Counted from the stretch's first letter, positions 1 to 9,110 are shown. The stretch: 64,000 bases of DNA from Pirellulales bacterium (GCA_035546535.1 DASZWQ010000066.1:14222-78221), one strand, 5' to 3'. Notes: generated by a model from the sequence alone, not told the origin. A program made the numbers and translations.

Positions 1-83
1 CGCCTCCGGCTGCGCCGTCGCGGCCTGCAGCGCCCCGACCCGCTCCGGCCGCAGCGCCGCGATCCGCGCCCGTTCCGGGTGCC

Positions 84-1166
84 GTGCGTCCCCCGCTGCG
101 GCGACCGCTGACCGATGACGAACGAGCCCAGCGGCGCGAACGGTTGCTGAACCTGGGCGGCCAGGTGCTCAATTCGCTCGTGCCCGCCGATCCGAATGCG
201 CCGGGCGCCGCGCCGATTGACATGGGTCGGCTCAATGGCGCGCTGGGCCCTCTGGTCACGGCGCTACTAGGCGGCGGACGGGACATCGAATCGCTGCGGA
301 TCGGCTTCGACCCGCAGGCGACGAACTTTGCCGAAGATCGGGCGCGATTGTCGTTCGACGCCTCTCTGCGCCGCACCGCCTGGGACGACGCTCCCAGTCG
401 CATTAACGGCACCATCGGCGCGAACGTCGCGCAGCGGGATACCGGCGGGCTGGTGGCCGTGATCGACGGTCGCGTTCACATGCAAACATCGACCGTGGCT
501 CTGGCCAACTATGCGCTAGTTGAATACAAGAAGCGTTCGGCAGAGCGCACCCCACAAGTCGCGCCCGCGCCGGCCGATGCCGTTGGTGCACCGGTTGGCG
601 CTCCTGCGGCAAGTACCACGACTGATGAAATCTTCGGCCAACTGCTCGACGAGCGGCTGGCCCGCTTCGACCGCTTCGAATCGCTCGATGACGTGGCGGA
701 CATGCTGACGGCGATCTCGGGCTTGCGCCTGACGGCGGCCGATCAGCACATCGAACAGTTGCGCAACGCCGTGCGCGCGGAGAAAGACCCGGCCGCGCGG
801 CAAGAACTGTCAGAACAACTGACCGCCACGCGTGCCGAGCGTGATCGCCTCTTGGACGTGCGCCCGCGCATCGAGCGCGGCTCAAACGGCGTTGTCCACA
901 CGATCTCGCTCGACATGATCGGATCGGAAATCTTCCCCGGTGCCGACCTGCGGCAGTTGGAATGCCGGATTCAAGAAAACGAGATCTGGATCCAAGCCTC
1001 GGGCGCGATGACGCGCTGGATGGAACTGTACCCGGTTTTCAAGCCACTCGTCATGGGCGTGCTGCAGCGCATCCAAAGCGGCGACCCGCGAGCGCTCGAC
1101 GGCGTCCGTCCGTTCGTCGATGGCCCGATCGGCCAAGGCCGCGCGATCATCATTGGGCGACCGTAG
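84..1166 (+). CDS. hypothetical protein; frame stays open to window edge, so true start may lie upstream of position 1
   Basis: 360-aa ORF from GTG 84 with mixed, protein-like composition in its C-terminal half (ECRIQENEIWIQASGAMTRWMELYPVFKPLVMGVLQRIQ). The same frame has no stop back to nt 3. No family recognised. Confidence 0.45.
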   Translation: MRPPLRRPLTDDERAQRRERLLNLGGQVLNSLVPADPNAPGAAPIDMGRLNGALGPLVTALLGGGRDIESLRIGFDPQATNFAEDRARLSFDASLRRTAWDDAPSRINGTIGANVAQRDTGGLVAVIDGRVHMQTSTVALANYALVEYKKRSAERTPQVAPAPADAVGAPVGAPAASTTTDEIFGQLLDERLARFDRFESLDDVADMLTAISGLRLTAADQHIEQLRNAVRAEKDPAARQELSEQLTATRAERDRLLDVRPRIERGSNGVVHTISLDMIGSEIFPGADLRQLECRIQENEIWIQASGAMTRWMELYPVFKPLVMGVLQRIQSGDPRALDGVRPFVDGPIGQGRAIIIGRP

Positions 1167-1200
1167 GTTCGAGATCGCGCTAGTTCAGGTGACATCCAAT

Positions 1201-1289
1201 GTCGCCCCTGCGGGGCTTGCGACGATTTTTTGGGGAATCGTCACCGTGGACTCGCGTCCACGGCTACACGACTCGGCCCCTTCGGGGCC
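1201..1289. repeat. Family A triple-hairpin intergenic element (solo copy)
   Basis: gtcgcccctgcggggc ... ccgtggactcgcgtccacggctacac ... ggccccttcggggcc. Three short GC hairpins in the same order as the two copies at 6295-6491. It produces the spurious peptide ...GLRRFFGESSPWTRVHGY... in the ORF track. Confidence 0.7.
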
Positions 1290-1392
1290 AAATCCCTCGA
1301 CAGGATGTCCGCAAGCTGATGCACAATTTTGGTTGCTGGGCTGGATTCTTTGACGCGTACGGCGTCATGAGATGCAGCGACGAGAGATCGCA

Positions 1393-2256
1393 CTAGTTCT
1401 GCTCGCGATGTTTGCCGGCCAGGCGTAATTCTTTGATCGTCTTGTCGAGGCTGTGCTCAAGCACGCGCAAGCGAACCCGATGAGCCTGGATTTGTTCGGC
1501 AGTTTTCTCCACCGTTAAGTTTGGAATCTCTTTCTCAATCTTTTCAATTTGCAGTTCGAGAGTTTCCCGTTGGGCGACAAGAGCGTCGCGTAGCGCGCCC
1601 GCGTCCGCGATCTGGTCCTGCAACGCCAGCAGTTGTTGCTGGTACAAATCCAGCTCCCGTACCAGCAACGGAAGCCGCCGTACCTGATACGTTTTCGCTT
1701 GTTCCAGCCGCTCGAGTTCTTGCTGTTCTTCGATCAGCAATGCGGATTTCTCGAGATATTGCCGTAGGGACGGCTGGTTGCCCTCGCTCGTAAGCGTCGC
1801 CGTAGAGGCGTTGGCGCTCAGTTGCCGCGTCGCCGGTCCTACCATGATTTCGGCCTGCACGACTTTGCCGCGACGCACAATCGTGAGCCTGGTTTTTCCG
1901 GCCGATTCGTCGGCGCGGTCCAAGGCGCGCAGTGCCGTGTTGAAGTCAGGGACGTTTGATTCGTCGATGAGCACGATCGCGTCACCGACGCGCAGACCGG
2001 CCACCTTGGCGAGCGGGCCGGTCACGAGGACGACGAAAAGTCCCCCGCGATATTTCCTCAGCGGCGGACGCGCGTTGATTTGGTGCGCCTCGGCCACCGT
2101 GACCTGAACTCCCAGTCGCTCGGCAATGATCACTTTGGCCTGATCGCTGTCGACAGGCTTTTCGTCATCGATCGAACCCGCATCTCGTGCATCGCCCCGA
2201 GCCGCCCATGCGAGCAATAGAAAAGCGCATGTGAAAAGCGTCTTAGCCCGATCCAT
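1393..2256 (-). CDS. secreted PDZ-domain protein with C-terminal coiled coil
   Basis: ATG at 2256 gives signal peptide MDRAKTLFTCAFLLLAWAARGDA. PDZ-like core GLRVGDAIVLIDESNVPDFNTALRALD...LTIVRRGKVVQAEI. Long heptad-like Leu/Gln/Glu C-terminus. Confidence 0.7.
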   Translation of the reverse strand: MDRAKTLFTCAFLLLAWAARGDARDAGSIDDEKPVDSDQAKVIIAERLGVQVTVAEAHQINARPPLRKYRGGLFVVLVTGPLAKVAGLRVGDAIVLIDESNVPDFNTALRALDRADESAGKTRLTIVRRGKVVQAEIMVGPATRQLSANASTATLTSEGNQPSLRQYLEKSALLIEEQQELERLEQAKTYQVRRLPLLVRELDLYQQQLLALQDQIADAGALRDALVAQRETLELQIEKIEKEIPNLTVEKTAEQIQAHRVRLRVLEHSLDKTIKELRLAGKHREQN

Positions 2257-2416
2257 GGATTGCCCTCCGTTCGTCGTAGCGCTAGCGATCTGTAAGCTGG
2301 GCCGATCGTCAGGTGGCAACTGCATTTTAAAAACCTCGCCGCCCGCAAGGCAAATTCAGGGGCGGCGGGCAGGGTGAACCGCAAAGTCTGTAGCCGGCGC
2401 CTGCGATCTCGGAATC

Positions 2417-2484
2417 GGTAGGGTGCCCTGCGGGCACCGTGACCCAAAAACTTCGTTCGTGGTGCGCAAGAGCGCACCCTACGG
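2417..2484. repeat. Family B double-hairpin element bracketed by GTAGGGTGC / GCACCCTAC
   Basis: ggtagggtgccctgcgggcacc ... ggtgcgcaagagcgcaccctacgg. Two hairpins of type ggtgcSc-N3/4-gSgcacc. Same architecture as 8997-9097. Confidence 0.6.
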
Positions 2485-2550
2485 TCTCGGCCGCAAGGTG
2501 GCCGCCTACAGAAGGTGGGAGGCCGATTTCCTGCGTTTCTCAGCGTTTTC

Positions 2551-2578
2551 TTGACTCCCGGTCCCTAAGGATTACACT
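2551..2578 (+). promoter_or_regulatory. candidate sigma70-type promoter upstream of the PEP-CTERM gene
   Basis: TTGACT (2551-2556), 16-nt spacer, TACACT (2573-2578). About 225 nt upstream of ATG 2805. Motif match only. Confidence 0.25.
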
Positions 2579-2804
2579 CGCAGTTCCATGCATCTCCTGG
2601 TGAGTTTCGTGTAACGGGGGATGCACCTTCGCGGAGCAACGCCACTGAGCGTTTTCTAAAAGCCGGGCTTGCCAGGTCGTGGGTAGCGACCTTGCGCAGA
2701 TTCTCACCGGCTGCCTTCCGTGCGCTCCCTCGCGGCGATATTTGTCGTCCCAACGCCGCGCTCGATGCGCGTCCTACTCGGAACTACAGAAAAGAGGCCA
2801 GCTA

Positions 2805-4937
2805 ATGGACACAAAGAATATATATCTGCCCGCGGCGCTCTTCGCCGCCCTCATCTTCTCAGCTCATCCCGCGCAGGCGGTCACACTCAAGCCTGGCGAT
2901 ATCGTCGTCGCCGCAAATATCGGCGGCACGCCGCTTCCCAATGACGTCCTTGTTGTCGTCGATCCGACAACCGGCAACCGCACCATCTTGTCAGGTGGTA
3001 CCGTCGGAACTGGTCCGGCGATCACTGGTGGGTATTCTATGTCGTTCGCGTCTGACGGAAGCTTGTTGCTTGCCGAAGGTGACGGGTTGATGCGCATTGA
3101 TCCCGCGACGGGAAACCGAACGGTCATCAGCGGGAGCATCTCTGATTTCAACTTCCTCGGAACAGGGCCGACGAACGGCTGGTACAGCAGCGTGCAGTTT
3201 GGCAATCAGATCGTCCTCGGCGGTGGCGCCCTATTGTACGTCGATCCGACGACCGGCAATCGCACCAACGTGCTGGGCGGCGAATCGATCGCATCCAAGG
3301 ACGTCATCGCAAGCGGAAACGATCTCATCGTCTCCTCGAGCGGCAGTTCGTTCAGTGGAATCGTCAAGTTCGACCCGGCGACAGGCACCCAGACAATCAT
3401 CTCAGGCGGTGGGGTCGGCACAGGACCGGCGATCATCCTACCGACCGGAATCGTATTCGACGGATTGGGGAACATACTTGTGTCGACGATTCCCTCGTTG
3501 CCGTCGGGCGAGATCTTGCGGATCGATCCGCTCACCGGCGATCGCACGATCGTATCCGGAGGAGGGGGCGGCACAGGGCCAAGCCTCGGCGGCTTTGGTG
3601 ATCAAATTGCCGTAGAACCAAACGGCATGATCCTGGCCGTAGACGGGGGCTACGCTAATCTCTTGCAAATCGACCCGACGACGGGCGACCGTACCATCCT
3701 ATCGGGCCCCGGTTTCGGGACCGGTCCCGTCTGGCCTGCCACCGGTCTGGGCATTCCCTGTATCGTCGTGCCTAACGTCCCCGAGCCGTCGTCAATCGTG
3801 CTGCTGGCTTTCGGCGGCGCGGGGCTGGCGACCGCAGCGCGGCGCCGATCGCGTGCCGGCCGTCGACTAAGAAACGCAAAAGCCCCTATTTTGATCTTGG
3901 GGCTACTTGCCGTTGTCATCTTCGCATCTAGTCCCGCTCTGGCCGCGCCGCTCCAACCGGGTGACATCGTCGTCACCACCGAGTTCAACAGCACCGATCT
4001 TGGATTGATGATCGTTGATCCCGTGACCGGAGACCGCACGATCTTTTCCGACAACACCCATGGCACGGGTCCGGACTTTGTCGGGCCCGAGGGTGTGTCG
4101 GTTCTTCCCGACGGCAATCTGTTGGTCGGAGACGGGCACGTTGATCGATTTGGCCAGCGGACGAACCGTCTCATCGAGGTCGATCGAACGACCGGCGATC
4201 GCACCATCATTTCCGGCTCCGGGGTCGGCAGCGGTCCTGACTTCCAGACCGTCATCGGCGGGCTGAGTTATGGCAATTCGATTGTTGCCGTCGATCAAGG
4301 CCTCGACGCGCTTTTGAATGTCGATCCGGCCACCGGAAACCGCACGATCATTTCAGGTAGTGGTGTTGGGTCGGGGCCTGCGCTGTCGATTCCGGCGGGG
4401 ACAGCAATCGTGGGCACCAGCGCGATCGTGGCGAATAACGTGACTAATCAACTCTTGTCCGTTGATCTGACCACCGGCAATCGCACGGTGCTTTCCGGAC
4501 CCGGAGTAGGGACCGGGCCGGCCTTCGACTTGCCTAACGACGTGGTGCTGGGTGCGGCTGGCAACTTAATCGCGGACGACACGCAGGCGATATTTAGCGT
4601 CGATCCAGCGACCGGCAATCGCACGATCATTTCGAGTGCCACGGTTGGCTCAGGCCCGATTTGGGGAGGTCTTGATCCATGGGGAATCACGACCAAGGCC
4701 GATGGCACCATCCTCATGGCGGCGCTATTTTCAGGCGCGCTCTACACCATCGATCCGGTTACGGGCAATCGTACGATCCTCGCTGACGCGACCCACGGCA
4801 CCGGGGCTAGTTTCGTGGCCGTGCTGGATCCGGTGGTCATTCCGAATGTGCCCGAGCCGTCGACGATTGCGCTCCTGGCCATCGGCGCGATGGGCGTCCT
4901 GGCCGCGGCTCGCCGCGCGAGACGATTGAAGCGGTAG
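2805..4937 (+). CDS. tandem (fused) PEP-CTERM-anchored six-repeat beta-propeller-like protein
   Basis: ATG 2805 gives signal peptide MDTKNIYLPAALFAALIFSAHPAQA. There are 12 repeats with core (V/I)DPxTG(N/D)RT(I/V)xSG..GxGP. Two PEP-CTERM motifs are present: VPEPSSIVLLAFGGAGLATAARRRSR at about 3768-3872, and VPEPSTIALLAIGAMGVLAAARRARRLKR at the C-terminus. A second signal-peptide-like segment APILILGLLAVVIFASSPALA follows the first motif. No in-frame stop separates the halves. Confidence 0.75.
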   Translation: MDTKNIYLPAALFAALIFSAHPAQAVTLKPGDIVVAANIGGTPLPNDVLVVVDPTTGNRTILSGGTVGTGPAITGGYSMSFASDGSLLLAEGDGLMRIDPATGNRTVISGSISDFNFLGTGPTNGWYSSVQFGNQIVLGGGALLYVDPTTGNRTNVLGGESIASKDVIASGNDLIVSSSGSSFSGIVKFDPATGTQTIISGGGVGTGPAIILPTGIVFDGLGNILVSTIPSLPSGEILRIDPLTGDRTIVSGGGGGTGPSLGGFGDQIAVEPNGMILAVDGGYANLLQIDPTTGDRTILSGPGFGTGPVWPATGLGIPCIVVPNVPEPSSIVLLAFGGAGLATAARRRSRAGRRLRNAKAPILILGLLAVVIFASSPALAAPLQPGDIVVTTEFNSTDLGLMIVDPVTGDRTIFSDNTHGTGPDFVGPEGVSVLPDGNLLVGDGHVDRFGQRTNRLIEVDRTTGDRTIISGSGVGSGPDFQTVIGGLSYGNSIVAVDQGLDALLNVDPATGNRTIISGSGVGSGPALSIPAGTAIVGTSAIVANNVTNQLLSVDLTTGNRTVLSGPGVGTGPAFDLPNDVVLGAAGNLIADDTQAIFSVDPATGNRTIISSATVGSGPIWGGLDPWGITTKADGTILMAALFSGALYTIDPVTGNRTILADATHGTGASFVAVLDPVVIPNVPEPSTIALLAIGAMGVLAAARRARRLKR

Positions 4938-5099
4938 TGTGCGCGTCGCTCAAAGCTCCAACGATCGGCAAAAATAGTCGCTTGGTACGCGTGGGCATGC
5001 CGGCGATTTTGCATCCCTCCGCCGCGCGCGTTATGCTTTGGGCCAACCTGCCTGCGGTTCCCGCCTTCCGAACATTCCCAAACGCCATCGGAGGTTTCG

Positions 5100-6158
5100 A
5101 TGACCTTCCTTCGCACGCTTTCTGCTCTGGCACTGACTTTTGCGGCCCTGGCCTTGGCAACGATCACGTCGATCACCGGCGCGGCCGAGCCGGTGACGCT
5201 CGAAAACGTTGTCGCTCCCACCGCCAACACGCCGGACGAGCCGTTGGCGGGCTACTCGCTGGAGCGGGCGACGGCGTTTCTCGACTCGGCGGCGCTCGAC
5301 TGGCAGAAGTCGCGCGGGTGCATGACGTGCCACACGAATTACGCGTTCCTGATGGCCCGGCCGGCGATCTCAGCCGATGCGCCGGCGCATTCAACGGTGC
5401 GCAAGTTCGCCGAGGAGTTGGTCACCGAGCGCTGGCCCGACAAGGGGCCGCGCTGGGACGCTGAAGTCGTGGCGACCGGCACCGTGCTGGCCTTTAACGA
5501 TGCGGCAACTACGGGCAAGCTGCACCCGGTCACGCGGCAGGCGCTCGACAAGATGTGGACGCTGCAGCGCGACGACGGCGGGTGGACGTGGCTGAAGTGC
5601 GATTGGCCGCCCATGGAATCGGACGATCACTTTGGCGTATCGTTCGCCGCGATCGGCGCGGGCGTCGCCCCCGAAGGTTACGCGGATACGCCGGCGGCCA
5701 AGGCGGGGCTCGACAAGATTCGCGCGTACTACCGCGAGAATCCGCCGCCGACCTTGCATCACAAGGCGATGATGCTGTGGGCCGCGACCTATGTGCCCGA
5801 CTTGCTGCCCGCGGCGCAGCGCCAAGCGTGCATCGCCGAGCTGCGCGCCCTGCAGCATGAAGACGGCGGCTGGGCCATCGCTTCGCTGGGCGACTGGAAG
5901 CGTGGCGACGGCTCGCCGCAAGACACCGCGACCAGCGACGGCTACGGCACCGGCTTCACGATTTACATTTTGCGCCGCGCCGGCGTGCCCGCCGACGATC
6001 CGCAGGTCGCCCGCGGCGTGGCCTGGCTGAAGAGCCATCAGCGCGACAGCGGCCGCTGGTTCTCGCGCTCGCTGCACGCCGACAGCAAGCATTACATTTC
6101 GCACGCGGGCACGGCCTTCGCCGTCATGGCGCTCGCGGCGTGCGACGCGGCGAAGTAG
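5100..6158 (+). CDS. secreted prenyltransferase/squalene-oxidase-repeat (alpha-alpha toroid-like) protein with one CxxCH motif
   Basis: GGAGG 7 nt upstream of the ATG. Signal peptide MTFLRTLSALALTFAALALATITSITGAAEP. Repeats of type QRDDGGWTW, QHEDGGWAIAS and QRDSGRWFS. CMTCH near the N-terminus. Confidence 0.6.
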   Translation: MTFLRTLSALALTFAALALATITSITGAAEPVTLENVVAPTANTPDEPLAGYSLERATAFLDSAALDWQKSRGCMTCHTNYAFLMARPAISADAPAHSTVRKFAEELVTERWPDKGPRWDAEVVATGTVLAFNDAATTGKLHPVTRQALDKMWTLQRDDGGWTWLKCDWPPMESDDHFGVSFAAIGAGVAPEGYADTPAAKAGLDKIRAYYRENPPPTLHHKAMMLWAATYVPDLLPAAQRQACIAELRALQHEDGGWAIASLGDWKRGDGSPQDTATSDGYGTGFTIYILRRAGVPADDPQVARGVAWLKSHQRDSGRWFSRSLHADSKHYISHAGTAFAVMALAACDAAK

Positions 6159-6294
6159 GTTGTTCGGGATGCTTACGCGACCGCGTGAGGTGTTCCCGGT
6201 AGTTGTTCCGTCTTAGACGCCAAAGGCGTCGAGGAGAATAGCCCAAGGCATTCAATGCTATGCGTCAGTTGGCGGGTTTCCTTGCGCGGGATTT

Positions 6295-6491
6295 GGCCCC
6301 GGAGGGGCCGAGGAGTGTAGCCGTGGACGTGAGTCCACGGTAACGGTTCCAAAAAAATCGTCGTAAGCCCCGACGGGGCGACGTTGAATGCTTCCTAAAA
6401 TTGATGTCGCCCCGTCGGGGCTCCCGGCGTTTTATGCGACGTTTTTCCGTGGGCTTGCGCCCACGGCTACACGAATTCGCCCCTCCGGGGC
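6295..6491. repeat. Family A triple-hairpin elements, head-to-head inverted pair
   Basis: Copy 6295-6380 is the reverse complement of the 1201-1289 type. Copy 6405-6491 is in direct orientation. About 25-nt AT-richer spacer. Hairpins are gccccNNNggggc, ccgtggNN-N4-NNccacgg and ggccccNNNggggcc. Confidence 0.7.
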
Positions 6492-6606
6492 TCGATGTCA
6501 ATTACCGGAATCTCTCACGTTCATGTGAGCATGTCGCCCGATATCTCCCCCGTTCTGCATGGCCACGGCGAGCGTGGCCATGGCACCCAACCGCGCGGAT
6601 CGCGGA

Positions 6607-7668
6607 TCATTTCGCCCACGGGATGTGATATCCCTCCGCGTTGAGCGTGATGCGGTACAGGCTCTTGTCGACCGTGACATAGAGCGTGTGCGCGTCGGCG
6701 CCCGTGCCGAATTCACAATTGCTGGGTAAGCCCGTGGGCTGCGCTGCATCGGGCTGCGACGGGCCGGTGGCGATGTAGGCCAGCTCCTTGCCTTGCGGGT
6801 CGAGGACCAACAGGCCGGGGCGCTTAGCGCTGCGGGCCGTGAGATACAAGTTGCCGCGCGCGTCGACCGTCATGCCGTCGCAGCCGTCTTCCGCGCCAAA
6901 GTCGATGATCGTGCGGCGCGGTCCAGCGACCGCGCCGTTTGCGTCGAGCGGGAAAGCATAGACTTTCATCGCTCCCTTTTTCGGTTTCGGTCCGTCGGGC
7001 GAGATGCGGTCGCTGCCGTTATTCGTGTCGGCCACGTACAGCGTCTTTTGATCGGGGCTGATCGCGATGCCGTTGGGCTTTTCCACGTCGCGCGTCAGCT
7101 CGACCAGGTGGCCATCGGGATCGAGGCGGTAAACGGCCCGCGCCTCCAGCTCGCGCGGCTCGCTGCCCAGGTAGCGCGGGTCGGTGAAATAGATGCGGCC
7201 GCGCTCGTCGATCGTCAGATCGTTCGGCGCGTTGAAGCGTTTGCCCTCGAAGCGATCGACCAGCGTCGTTCGCTCTCCCGTTTTGACATCCCACCGCGAC
7301 AAGCGGCGCCCGCCTTCGTCCGAACCTTCGCACGCCACGAGGCCACCGCGGGCGTCGAACGCGAGGCCATTCGCCTTGCCGCTGTCGGTGGTGAAGATGC
7401 TCGTTTTCTTGGTCGAGGGGTCGTAGCGCACGATCAGCCCACGGTCCGCCCCCTCGGGGATGTCGGTGAAATAGATGCTGCCATCGGGCGCCGCGGCAGG
7501 TCCCTCGGTCAAACTGCCCTGAATGGGGAGCGAGCGCGTGTAGAGAAGCTCGAGGCTGGCCCCGGCAGGCACGATCGTATTCTCGGCGGCGGACGATACT
7601 GGCGAATTTGTAACCGCTGTGGCGAAGATTGCGGCGGCGGTAAGCGCCGCGGGAATTTGATTTCGCAT
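6607..7668 (-). CDS. SMP-30/gluconolactonase/LRE-like six-bladed propeller protein, secreted
   Basis: ATG at 7668 gives signal peptide MRNQIPAALTAAAIFATAVTNSPVSSAAE. Typical SGL-family stretches are EGPAAAPDGSIYFTDI, PNDLTIDERGRIYFTDP and KPNGIAISPDQKTLYVADT. Confidence 0.7.
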   Translation of the reverse strand: MRNQIPAALTAAAIFATAVTNSPVSSAAENTIVPAGASLELLYTRSLPIQGSLTEGPAAAPDGSIYFTDIPEGADRGLIVRYDPSTKKTSIFTTDSGKANGLAFDARGGLVACEGSDEGGRRLSRWDVKTGERTTLVDRFEGKRFNAPNDLTIDERGRIYFTDPRYLGSEPRELEARAVYRLDPDGHLVELTRDVEKPNGIAISPDQKTLYVADTNNGSDRISPDGPKPKKGAMKVYAFPLDANGAVAGPRRTIIDFGAEDGCDGMTVDARGNLYLTARSAKRPGLLVLDPQGKELAYIATGPSQPDAAQPTGLPSNCEFGTGADAHTLYVTVDKSLYRITLNAEGYHIPWAK

Positions 7669-7890
7669 GACACATTTCCCCCCGGTGCGGTGTTGGATCG
7701 TTGGGTGATACCACGTGCGCCAGCTTGTGTCACGCGCGTGGTGAACCATGAACCCGCTGTGCCCCGGGTGGAAATTTGCACGCCCCCGTGCGGTTGTGTC
7801 TAATACGAACAGCCACCAGCGGCTGCCGGCCGCGAATAGAATTCTTGACCCGCCTCGTAAGCCCAAACGTTTTTATTGGGAGAGCCCGCC

Positions 7891-8970
7891 ATGACTCGCG
7901 ATCGTCACTCGTGCCCGGATTGTGACTCGGCCGACCGCATCGAAGCCATCTCGCCGGTGAACCGCCGAGATTTTTTGCGTACCGCGGGGGCCGTGGGAGC
8001 GGCCGCCAGCGTCGGTTCGCTTGGCTTGTGGACGCCCGATCGCGCGTTGGCCGCGGCGCCGGCGGTTTCGAGCGGCGCTACGCCGGAATCGCTCGTGAAG
8101 GTGCTGTACGAAATGCTCAAGCCCGAGCAGCGGTCGAAGGTCTGCTACGAATGGGATTACCAGGACCCGAAGCGCGGCCTGCTGCGGACGCACGTCGCCA
8201 ACAATTGGAACATCAACGACCAGCAGATCAACGGCGACTTCTATACCGACGATCAAAGGGCCGTGATCCGTTCGATCTTCGAAGGGATCATCCAGCCCGA
8301 GTGGCACAAGCGGATCTACCAGCAGCTTTCGGACGATGCCGGCGGCTATGGCGAAGATCAAAGCCTGGCGATTTTCGGGACGCCGGGATCGGGCAAGTTC
8401 GAGTTCGTCATGACCGGCCGGCACATGACGCTGCGCTGCGACGGTGATTCGGCCGATAGCGTGGCCTTTGGCGGACCGATCTTCTACGGACACGCCGCCG
8501 ACGGCTTTAACGAAAAGGCGGACCACCCGGGCAACGTCTTCTGGCCGCAGGCCGTGGCCGCCAACAAGGTTTACGCGATGATGGACGAGAAGCAGCGCAA
8601 AGCCGCGCTCGTTCAGAAGCTGCCCGCAGAGAACAAGGTCGGCTTCCGCGGCAATGCCGGTGGATTCCCGGGCATTCCGGTGACCGAGCTGTCGAGCGAT
8701 CAGCGCGAAGAGCTGCAAAAAGTCCTGCAGGTTCTGGTCGAGCCGTACCGGCAGAGCGATCGCGATGAAGTGATCGCATGCCTCAAGGCGCAGGGCGGGC
8801 TCGACAAGTGCTCGCTGGCCTTCTACCAGGACGGCGACATCGGCAAGGACAGCGTGTGGGATTGCTGGCGCTTGGAAGGCCCGTCGTTCGTGTGGTATTT
8901 CCGCGGCGCTCCGCACGTCCACGTGTGGGTGAACGTAGCCAGCGACCCGTCGGTGAAATTGAACGCGTAG
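7891..8970 (+). CDS. Tat-signal secreted protein of unknown function (resembles DUF3500 family)
   Basis: Twin-arginine motif NRRDFLRTAGAVGAAASV. Conserved-looking core FEFVMTGRHMTLRCDG...GGPIFYGH. The family name is from memory and unverified. Confidence 0.55.
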   Translation: MTRDRHSCPDCDSADRIEAISPVNRRDFLRTAGAVGAAASVGSLGLWTPDRALAAAPAVSSGATPESLVKVLYEMLKPEQRSKVCYEWDYQDPKRGLLRTHVANNWNINDQQINGDFYTDDQRAVIRSIFEGIIQPEWHKRIYQQLSDDAGGYGEDQSLAIFGTPGSGKFEFVMTGRHMTLRCDGDSADSVAFGGPIFYGHAADGFNEKADHPGNVFWPQAVAANKVYAMMDEKQRKAALVQKLPAENKVGFRGNAGGFPGIPVTELSSDQREELQKVLQVLVEPYRQSDRDEVIACLKAQGGLDKCSLAFYQDGDIGKDSVWDCWRLEGPSFVWYFRGAPHVHVWVNVASDPSVKLNA

Positions 8971-8996
8971 CGGCGCGCCCGTTGCTGACGCGCGTT

Positions 8997-9097
8997 GTAG
9001 GGTGCGCTGTGCGCACCGGACGCGTGTGTTCGCGCAAGTGCTCGGACGGGGGTGGTACGCGAATCCGCGAGTCTGGTGCTCGCAGAGCACCCTACGA
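8997..9097. repeat. Family B double-hairpin element
   Basis: gtagggtgcgctgtgcgcacc ... ggtgctcgcagagcaccctacg. Same bracket and hairpin types as 2417-2484, with a longer internal spacer. Confidence 0.6.
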
Positions 9098-9110
9098 TCG
9101 GAACGTTGCT

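Noticed and set aside
3868-3870. TAA as the true stop of the first PEP-CTERM unit
   Set aside because: As assembled, it is out of frame (+1) relative to the ORF, so it cannot be called. It is retained only as a hint for a possible indel in the fusion finding.
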